From NCBI GenBank assembly GCA_002269645.1, contig NIVC01003101.1:1-64000 (forward strand): a stretch of 64,000 nucleotides of DNA. Reading direction: 5' to 3'. The position numbers and the translations under genes are program-made. The DNA is from Macrostomum lignano. Its lineage: Eukaryota. Shown here piece after piece: positions 11,805 through 22,900 of the stretch (position 1 is its first letter; each line of letters opens with the position of its first letter). The notes below the pieces were generated by a model. The model ran no database searches, was not told where the DNA came from, and was given only the letters and a program-made list of their open reading frames with translations.

Positions 11805-13214
11805 TATATAAAATACAACAGAGTAACATATTAATGCTAAATTAAAGGAGTGGTAATAATCTTCACGGCCCAGATTACAAGATCTTTGAGTTTTACATCC
11901 TGTTATGCTTTAGTGGTCCTTGGGCAAGAATTCAGAGAACATTGCTGAATGCAGTGTGCCTGCGCTCGTCCATTTGGTTCCATGCAACCCGAGGAGAATT
12001 AGTCACTTCAACTCTAAGCTCGGTTTCTGCATTATTGTCTTTTAAACCACCTTCTGGTGTGCGCAACCTATCTATCCTGTTCAACAATTGTATACAGCTG
12101 TTTCCTTTATATTTTATCATGTATTTTCAAGCACTTCGTACCCTCTGCACCGCGAATGCGTGCTACATGTACTCGGATGCCGCGTACAGACATTAATTTA
12201 TCTTTGCACTTTTCCTGTTCTACTCACGCCTTACTATTATTGCCTGGCTACATGTTAAACCTTCGTTTCTTCTCTACGTTTTGAGCGACTTTTTAATGTG
12301 CAACTCCAAACAGTGTGCGCAGTCAGCTGGAGCTATTCTGCAGAAAATGGTTTTGTATATTGTATCGTGATTATATCTATTTGGTTTCTACACTTGCAAT
12401 GAGCATTCTGCTGTTTGGTGGACAAATAAAATGAATATTCTCACACCGGCAGCCCGTATTGTCTGGTGCAGTGCTCACAGTCGGCGTGGTGCAATCGAAG
12501 TGAATGCTAAGTATTCAGAAAAAGTTGTTGTGGTCACTCGTAGTTTATGAAGAGCTTATTGTATACTTATTGAACAGCAGAAGGTACAATTAAGTTCACC
12601 CAGCTGTAAAATGGGTACCTGCATGCATTAGCTGGGGTAATTAAGAGTTGAGCGGCAAACCCCAATCCTTGGACTGAACAGCCGTACGCAGCCTTCAGAT
12701 GCGCCGCGCAATAGCTGCGGCTGAGCTGTCGGTTACACATGTGCCCATAGGACAGGTGTCATCATTCATATAATAGTGATTAATAATAATTATTATTAGA
12801 AAATACAAGTGAAATCACACATTTGTACCAAAAATAAAGTTGGCGATCGAATGTCCTTATACTCAAAGCAATGGAAACTTGCATGTACATATGCATGGAC
12901 ATCAAATAAATATGTTAGTCGTTCTGATTAAAAAGAAAACATTTTAGAGTAAGTGATTATTATTTGGACAGACGGTGGCCGGAATGCCCAGGGCGCAGAT
13001 GAAGCCAACAAAAAACGACTCATGAGTTGTTTAGGGCAAATTGACCAAATTGACCAGATTGACCAAAAAAGTTAAGTCACCAAAGTAGGCCTATAGTATG
13101 CTTTTTAGATAATGCTTTTAATAAATATATTGCTTTAAAGTTTTATTGTCCCTTTTTGCAATTGCAACTGTCTTTGTTTTTTTGTTTTTACAAACAACTG
13201 TTACTATTATTTTT

Positions 13215-13593
13215 GGGTCTCCCTAAAACACGCACCGCACCGCCCCGAACCGCTACACATTATAACATTTTTTGTCAATGCACAATTTGATTGCAAAGAA
13301 AACAATTTGTTGTAAGAGTAATGTAATAAATATCTTTAATTATTATTTTAAATATTATTATTATTTTTTATATTCTCGTTTTCATTACTAAATTATATTA
13401 TTATTATTTTATTAATATTATTATTAATATCACTTATTATTCACTGAATTTTATATTTCAAAGTAAAAAAACTAAATTTAATAAAAACTTGAAGCTTAAC
13501 AGAAAACGCATCTTAAAGTGTCTTCAGTTATAGTCCAATTTGTTTTAATGTGTAGCGCTGCAGGGCGGTGCGGGGCGTGTTTTAGGGAGACCC
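13215..13593. mobile_element. MITE with ~55 bp TIRs starting GGGTCTCCCTAAAACACGC and an 8-bp TSD
   Basis: ttattttt|gggtctccctaaaacacgc ... gcgtgttttagggagaccc|ttattttt. The exact 8-bp flanking duplication falls in a T-rich context. Confidence 0.85.
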
Positions 13594-13969
13594 TTATTTT
13601 TTTGAATAAATGCTGTTTCTTAGAACCTGAAACATCTTAAAGATGACATACTCAGTCAGTCAATATTAGGAGTGTGCGAAGTCCTTTTTTGCTGAATGGC
13701 ATGGGGTCATTGATATCTTAGCGATTAGTTGTTTTATTACTCTACGTTTTCTATATTCTTCTTTGAATAGAGGCAATCAGTTATTCTGTTACTACATTTT
13801 CACAATGAACTGAAGTTCCGATGCCAACAAATTAATAATTTTAATAATTCCTAATAAGTCCTTGCATTGTAGTTGCCGTTGCAGATACAGCTTTTTTTAT
13901 TAATTTGCTTCCCAATTGCAATTTTTTAGATTAAATTTTATTTGATCCCAAATTTCAGAACGCCATGCT

Positions 13970-16900
13970 ATGAATGCCCAAAAGATCTTTCCAAGAGAAC
14001 TTATTTTGCAGAAGCATCCTCAGCTACATAAAATTATAAATGGAAATGACCCATGGGAGTTTTATGAAAACATAAAAGAGATAGGAAGTGGAACTTATGG
14101 CCACGTTTATAAGGTAATCTACCATATAATTGCTCAATTTTTAGCAACTGTTTGTTAATTTATTTTTATTTTTAAATTAATTGCATTAGACAATTACTAT
14201 ATATAAATCTAGATATATTCACTTAACTTTATATTTTACTCTTTTGTAGTATAGTCCTAATAAATTTGACAGAATCTTAAAGCCTGTTTTTGAGATTCTT
14301 CATTGTTTTAGATAAAAAGGAGTGATCATTTTTTGAATAAAAATTATTGATTTTTTTCCAATTCTTTGCCTTTGGCTTTGGTTTAAGTTTATAAGAATAT
14401 TTATATTTTAGATGCAATTTAATCTATATCTATACTTGTTTTTTTGATTAATATTTGTTTTATTTTTCTTTAAATATATATCCTAATCCTAATTTCTTTA
14501 TGATAGATATTTGTTTATAATATGAGGCAAAAGAATGTAGGATAAAATGATTTTAAAAATCTGCAGACATTTGAGTGAAGATAATATATCAAAAAAGCTT
14601 TTGAAAGACATAAAATCTCTAAAAATAGTTCTTGATAATCTAAAAACTATTATATTGAAAATCATTAAATAAATGAGTAAAAAGCAAAATAAGATTTTTT
14701 TAAAGTCTAGATTGACTACTTTGCAATTGTTTTTTTATTTTAAAAAAATAAACAATTAGCTTTAAGACTTAAAGGCCTCAAAAAGGCTAATTTATTCTAC
14801 AACTTATCTAACCAACCTGGCATCTAAATCAAAGGCTTCTGGTAGGCTTATTAAGCAACAAAGAACAATTAAATTATACTTAAATGTGTATATATTTTAT
14901 GTATATATAATAAACATATTACAGTATATATGCAGGAAAGAATTTTCTAAATTGGTTTTGTAGAAGCTGAAATTGTGATTTTTGATCCCTATGGGAATTC
15001 ATATATATTTAATAATGAACTTATATTGAATACAGTTTTTATTTCAGACAAACTCTAAAAGTATATATATTGTCAATAGTAACAAAGTGATAAACAAATA
15101 AACCTTTGAAAAAATGTTGAAAATGTTAAAAAATTATAGAATTTACTATTTCTGTAATAAAGCATTTATGAGTTTTTCAATAAAACAGTTTTTTGTATAA
15201 TTAATTTAAAAGAATGTTTGTCAAAAATTGTTTGGTATAGTCAGTTGCGATTGTTAATATTATATTGTACTGGTTTTGTTTTTAGAAAGCATGCAAAATA
15301 CAAAAATAAGACATTAAATTTATGGTATTTGAAGTAGTTCAACTATTGTTGATATCATTAACTATTTCTTCAATAGTGCTCAGCATTTTCTATTGAACCA
15401 AACTATAGGCAAAGCACAAGGCCACTGGCACCTATGCTGCGCTGAAGTGTGTCAAGATCGAGCCAACAGATGATCTAAAAGCAATTCTGACTGAGCTGTT
15501 TGTGCTGAAAGACTGCCACCATGCCAACATTGTCGAGTTCTTTGGCGCTTTCATCACGTGAGTTTGGCTTTTGAACAGCTGCTCTTGAGTCTGTACTGGC
15601 CATCTGCATCCAGCCATCTGACACCCTGCAATAGGTCAGACCATCTGACACCCTGCAATAGGTCAGACCATCTGACACCCCGATCCCTGCAATGTGTCAG
15701 ACCATCTGACACCCCGATCCCTGCAATGTGTCAGACCATCTGACACCCCGATCCCTGCAATGTGTCAAACAATCTGACACCCCGATCCCTGCACTGTGTC
15801 AAACAATCTGACACCCCGATCACTGCAATGTGTCAAACCATCTGACACCCCAATCCCTGCAATGTGTCAAACAATCTGACACCCGATCCCTGCAATGTGT
15901 CAGACCATCTGACACCCCGATCCCTGCAATGTGTCAAACAATCTGACACCCCGATCACTGCAATGTGTCAAACGATCTGACACCCCAATCCCTGCAATGT
16001 GTCAAACAATCTGACACCCGATCCCTGCAATGGGTCAGACCATCTGACACCCCGATCTTTGCAATAGGTCAGACTATCTGACATCCCAATCCCAGTAATG
16101 CGATTAGGCAATCTGACACCTCAGTGTCCCATACCTGACACCCTTCGAACCGCAGCGAGAACCGGCTGCTCAACCAGACGAACCTGTGGATCGCCATGGA
16201 GTACTGCGGCGGCAAATCGCTGCAGGACATCTACACCACCACCAGGCGGCCATTCGAGGAGCCGACCATCGCGTTCGTGATGCGCGAAACCGTCCGCGGC
16301 CTGGTGCACATGCACGCCAAGCAGCAGATCCACCGCGACATCAAGGGCGCCAACATCCTGCTGACCAGGGACGGCAGCGTCAAGCTGGCTGACTTCGGCA
16401 TCTCCGCGCAGATCACCGCCACCCTGGGCAAGCGGATGTCCTTCATTGGCACGCCTTACTGGATGGCGCCTGAGGTGCTTGACTGCGCTTGCTTTGACAC
16501 TGGAATAGCGACCCCTGACACTGGAATTGGCAACCCCCTGACACTGGAATTGGCAACCCCTGACACTGGAATAGCGACCCCTGAAACTGGAATTGGCTAC
16601 CCCCTGACACTGGAGTTGGCTACCCCTGACACTGGAGTTGGCTACCCCTGACACTGGAATAGGCAACCCCCTGACACTGGAGTTGGCAACCCCCTGACAC
16701 TGGAGTTGGCAACCCCCTGACACTAGAATTGGCAACCCCTGACACTGGAATTGGCAACCCCCTGACACTGGAATTGGCAACCCCTGACACTGGAATTGGC
16801 AACCCCCTGACACTGGAATTGGCAACCCCCTGACACTGGAATTGGCAACCCCCTGACACTGGAATTGGCAACCCCTGACACTGGAATTGGCAACCCCTGA

Positions 16901-19900
16901 CACTGGAATTGGCAACCCCTGACACTGGAATTGGCAACCCCCTGACACTGGAATTGGCAACCCCCTGACACTGGAATTGGCAACCCCTGACACTGGAATT
17001 GGCAACCCCTGACACTGGAATTGGCAACCCCTGACACTGGAATTGGCAACCCCTGACACTGGAATTGGCAACCCCCTGACACTGGAATTGGCAACCCCTG
17101 ACACTGGAATTGGCAACCCCCTGACACTGGAATTGGCAACCCCCTGACACTGGAATTGGCAACCCCTGACACTGGAATTGGCAACCCCCTGACACTGGAA
17201 TTGGCAACCCCTGACACTGGAATTGGCAACCCCTGACACTGGAATTGGCAACCCCTGACACTGGAATTGGCAACCCCTGACACTGGAATTGGCAACCCCT
17301 GACACTGGAATTGGCAACCCCTGACACTGGAATTGGCAACCCCTGACACTGGAATTGGCAACCCCTGACACTGAAGTTGGCTACTCCTGACATTAGAATT
17401 GGCAACCCCCTGACACTGGAGTTGGCAACCCCCTGACATTGGAGTTGGCAACCCCCTGACATTGGAGTTGGCAACCCCTGTACAAATTGGCAAGCCTTTC
17501 TAGTTATGGCCGTCGCCCATCTCACCGCTCGCCCTCAGGTGGCCGACGTTCGCCGCAAAGGCGGCTACGACGAGCGCTGCGACATCTGGGCGGTCGGCAT
17601 CACCGCCATCGAGCTGGCCGAGCTGGAGCCGCCCATGTTCAGCCTGCACCCCATGAAGGCCCTGCAGCTCATGACCACCAGCCGCTACAGGCCGCCTAAG
17701 CTGCGCGATAAAGCCATGTGGGGCGGCGTGTTCCACGATTTCCTCAAAACTTCCCTAAGATTGAATCCCAAGAGCCGGCCAGCCGCTCACGACCTGCTTC
17801 AGCACCAGTTCCTGGCCAACCCGGCACTGGGCAAGCACCTCACGGTCACTCTCCTGCGCCAGTTTCACGACGAGTGCCGGCGGTATCAGGTGATTTATTG
17901 GGGACCCATCGCTAACCTGCTATTGACCCATTGCTGACCCATTACTGGCCTGTTATTGACCCATCGCTGACCCATTACTGGTCTGTTATTGACCCATCGC
18001 TGACCCATTACTGGCCTGTTATTGACCCATCGCTAACCAATTACTAGTCTGTTATTGACCCATCGCTGACCCATTACTGGTCTGTTATTGACCCATCGCT
18101 GACCCATTACTGGTCTGTTATTGACCCATCGCTGACCCATTTGAATGACCCTATTTGAATGACCCATCGCTGACCCATTTGAATGACCCTATTTGAATGA
18201 CCCATCGCTGACCTATTGGAATGACCCATCACTGACCTATTTGAATGACCCATCGCTGACCTATTGGAATGACCCATCGCTGACCTATTGGAATGACCCA
18301 TCACTGACCTATTTGAATGACCCATCGCTGACCTATTGGAATGACCCATCAGTGACCTATTTGAATGACCCATCGCTGACCTATTGGAAGGACCCATCGC
18401 TGACCTATTGGAATGACCCATCACTGACCTATTTGAATGACCCTATTTGAATGACCCATCGCTGACCTATTGGAATGACCCATCACTGACCTATTTGAAT
18501 GACCCATCGCTGACCTATTGGAATGACCCATCGCTGACCTATTTGAATGACCCATCGCTGACCTATTGGAATGACCCATCGCTGACCTATTGGAATGACC
18601 CATCGCTGACCTATTTGAATGACCCATCGCTGACCTATTGGAATGACCCATCACTGACCTATTTGAATGACCCATCGCTGACCTATTGGAATGACCCATC
18701 GCTGACCTATTTGAATGACCCATCGCTGACCTATTTGAATGACCCATCGCTGACCTATTGGAAGGACCCATCACTGACCTATTGGAATGACCCATCGCTG
18801 ACCGATTTGAATGACCCATCACTGACCTATTGGAATGACCCATCGCTGACCTATTGGAATGACCCATCGCTGACCTATTGGAATGACCCATCGCTGACCT
18901 TTTTTCGTCGCCACAGGGTCGCGGCCTGCTGGATGAGCTGCTCGCGGCGGCGCCAGACGAAGAAGATGAAGAGGACGGCGCGCCGGCGCCGAACCCGCCG
19001 CTGCCTCCCAGCCGAATTCCCAGCCGGAAGCCGGCGGGCGAGAAAACTCCGCCTTTGCCGCAGGCGCCCAGACCGGCGGCAGTGGCCCCGGCTGCACCAG
19101 CGGAGGCGGCCAGCGGCGGCTACGACGATGACGAAGTCTACGGGCAGCTGTGGGCCGCGTGCTCCGGCCGGGAGCCGGTGAAGCCGCCGCAGCCACCGCC
19201 GTCTCGCCAGCCGCAGCAGCAGCCGCAACAACTTGATGAGTGAGTTGTTATTTTGTAATTATATTTTTTGGCGATGCCCGTGTTGCATGCAAAAAATCTT
19301 AAGTTTTTGTTTTCATTTAAGACACTTTTTCATTTATATTAGTAATAAAGTGTGAATTTGTTACTAGACATCTCGGTTGCTAGGATAAATGACTCGGTTG
19401 CTAAGAGAATTAGCCTGGCTGGTGGGATAAGACGCTCGGTTGCTAGGATAAAAAGCTCGGTTGCTGGGATAAAAAGCTCGGTTGCTAGGATAAAAAGCTC
19501 GGTTGCTAGGATAAATGGCTCGGTTGCTAGGGTAAATAGCTCGGTTGCTAGGATAAAAATCTCGGTTTCTAGGATAGAAAGCTCGGTTGCTAGGTTAAAT
19601 AGCTCGGTTGCTAGGGTAAATAGCTCGGTTGCTAGGATAAAAATCTCGGTTTCTAGGATAGAAAGCTCGGTTGCTAGGTTAAATAGCTCGGTTGCTAGGT
19701 TAAATAGCTCGGTTGCTAGGGTAAATAGCTCGGTTGCTAGGGTAAATAGCTCGGTTGCTAGGATAAATGGCTCAGTTGCTAGAGTAAATAGCTCGGTTGC
19801 TAGGATAAATAGCTCGGTTTCTAGGATAGAAAGCTCGGTTGCTAGGGTAAATAGCTCGGTTGTTAGTGTAAATGGCTCAGTTGCTAAAGTAAATAGCTCG

Positions 19901-22900
19901 GTCGCTAGGATAAACAGCCCGGTTGCTAAGGTAAATAACACCAGTTGCTTAGTTGTTCAGCCGACCCTTGCTAAGGTCAGTCGTCTGTCCCTATGCAGTT
20001 TTCGTAGCAAATAGGTCTAATATTGCATTAGAGATTTGTTTATTATTTTTCACTGCTTAATCGATAGCAAAATTGAGCCAAATCACATTTTTGTATCTAA
20101 ATGACACCCAAGCAGCTGGCATCTGCGCGCTACCCATTTTGTCCCGGCAGTAAACTAAATTGTCAATAATTATAACTATCACTTTATTATATTATTGTAT
20201 TGTATTGAACCGTAATCATTTAAAAACGCACAGATTTGGCATCAATAGAGGATTTGCCTGCCGCTCTCTCCCCCAACCCCACTTGTAGCATCGACTTGCT
20301 TCAGGATATTGAGAATTGCTTGCGGGACAGGTAAATCCGGCTGTTATTGATTAGTTGAATCATTTTCATGCCGCTGTCAGTTGCTTTTTCGTTGCTGAAT
20401 GGTGCATTGTTAAATATACTGCCAGTTCCCGAAGTTTATTTTTGCAAATCCCAATCGGCAATCCCAACTCAGCCATTGGAAATCCCAACTCAGCCATTGG
20501 AAATCCCAACTCAGCCATTGGAAATCCCAACCCAGCCATTGGAAATCCCAACCCAGCCTTTGGAAATCCCAACTCAGCCATTGGAAATCCCAACTCAGCC
20601 ATTGGAAATCCCAAATCAGCCATTGGAAATCCCAAATCAGCCATTGGAAATCCCAAATCAGCCATTGGAAATCCCAAATCAGCCTTTGGAAATCCCAAAT
20701 CAGCCATTGGAAATCCCAACTCAGCCATTGGAAATCCCAAATCAGCCTTTGGAAATCCCAACTCAGCCTTTGGAAATCTCAACTCAGCCATTGGAAATCC
20801 CAATCCAGCCATCGGAAATCCCAAATCAGCCATTGGAAATCCCAACCCAGCCTTTGGAAATCCCAACTCAGCCTTTGGAAATCTCAACTCAGCCATTGGA
20901 AATCCCAATCCAGCCATCGGAAATCCCAAATCAGCCATTGGAAATCCCAACCCAGCCATTGGAAATCCCAACCCAGCCTTTGGAAATCCCAACTCAGCCA
21001 TTGGAAATCCCAAATCAGCCATTGGAAATCCCAAATCAGCCTTTGGAAATCCCAACTCAGCCTTTGGAAATCTCAACTCAGCCATTGGAAATCCCAATCC
21101 AGCCATCGGAAATCCCAAATCAGCCATTGGAAATCCCAACCCAGCCTTTGGAAATCCCAACTCAGCCTTTGGAAATCTCAACTCAGCCATTGGAAATCCC
21201 AATCCAGCCATCGGAAATCCCAAATCAGCCATTGGAAATCCCAATCCAGCCATCGGAAATCCCAAATCAGCCATTGGAAATCCCAACTCAGCCATTGGAA
21301 ATCCCAACTCAGCCATTGGAAATCCCAAATCAGCCTTTGGAAATCCCAACTCAGCCTTTGGAAATCCCAAATCAGCCATCAGAAATCCCAAATCAGCCAT
21401 TGGAAATCCCGAACCAGCCATTGGAAATCCCAAATCAGCCTTTGGAAATCCCAACTCAGCCATTGGAAATCCCAAATCAGCCTTTGGAAATCCCAAATCA
21501 GCCATCGGAAATCCCAACTCAGCCATTAGAAATCCCAAATCAGCCTTTGGAAATCCCAAATCAGCCTTTGGAAATCCCAAATCAGCCTTTGGAAATCCCA
21601 AACCAGCCATTGGAAATCCCAAATCAGCCTTTGGAAATCCCAATCCAGCCATTGGAAATCCCAAATCAGCCATCGGAAATCCCAATCCAGCCATTGGAAA
21701 TCTCAACTCAGCCATTGGAAATCCCAATCCAGCCATCGGAAATCCCAACTCAGCCGTCGGAAATCCCAATCCAGCCATCGGAAATCCCAACTCAGCCATT
21801 GGAAATCCCAATCCAGCCATTGGAAATCCCAATCCAGCCATCGGAAATCCCAACTCAGCCACCGGAAATCCCAACTCAGCCACCGGAAATCCCAATCCAG
21901 CAAGTCAGGCATCGCATCTATGATAACTGTAGGACAGCAAAGTTATTATATCAATACCGTTATTTGTAGCTAAAAGCTGTTTTTCTGCTATCAATTGTAT
22001 TAAACTGTTGTACTAATTTGTCTAATATGGTGCAGCACATTATGTTCAACACACACCCAAGTGTCCGCTGTCTGCTGCACAGTCCATTAAGCATTTTCCA
22101 GCATCATTCATTTATTTATTACAAGTAGATAGTGGTCTGCACCTGACAGTTTGTCATTTGCTTGTTGCAAATCTGTGACTTTTGGCTGGCCTACAGTCTA
22201 GTATTATTTATTTTACCCTTTTCATGATTCATTTTTGTTCACTAACTGTCTACTGTTCAGCTGTAGTAGTAAACAAAGTATTTTAAGTTATTTCTTACGG
22301 TGCAACTCCGCAGAGGACTGCCGACCCCCACATCGCAGCGGCCGCCCGCCGCTGCTGGCGTCTCCTCCGCCGGCGCTCCCGCGAAACCCAAGCGCCCAGT
22401 TAGCGCCGAAATTCTCGGACCCACCAGGTGTGACACTCCTCTGCCCGCCTTTATTGCTGGTTGGATTGAGATTTCCTGTTTTCGACTTCGTCTTTCTAGC
22501 AGCAAAGTTTTTTCTTACTTTCAGAACCGACGACCAACAAGCAGCTGATTCTGTGAGTTTCGTTGGCTGTGTGATGAGCTTTAATAATCTCTGGCCCACC
22601 AATCAATCTGACCCACCAATCAATCTGACCCACCAATCGATCAGTCTGACCCACCAATCAGTCTGACCCACCAATTAGTCAGTCTGACCCGCCGTTCAGT
22701 CAGTCTGACCCACCAATCAGTCAGTCTGACCCGCCAATCAGTCAGTCTGACCCGCCAATCAGTCAGTCTGACCCACCAATCAGTCAGTCTGACCCGCTAA
22801 TCAGTCAGTCTGACCCACCAATCAGTCAGTCTGACCCACCAATCAGTCAGTCTGACCCACCAATCGATTAGTCTGACTCACCAATCAGTCAGTCTGACCC

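Larger units (their letters stand above)
10414..11923. mobile_element. Foldback-type element (ends ccaaggaccact / agtggtccttgg) interrupted by a mariner-like insertion
   Basis: Left arm ~10414-10645 matches the reverse complement of ~10915-11007 joined to 11805-11923, e.g. gttactctgttgtattttatatagttgt vs acaacta|tataaaatacaacagagtaac. Confidence 0.75.

Noticed and set aside
20355-21969. 500+ aa ORFs on both strands (IGNPNSA / LEIPTQP repeats)
   Set aside because: Translation of a stop-free 21-bp intronic minisatellite. The flanking MAP4K exons splice around it in phase.
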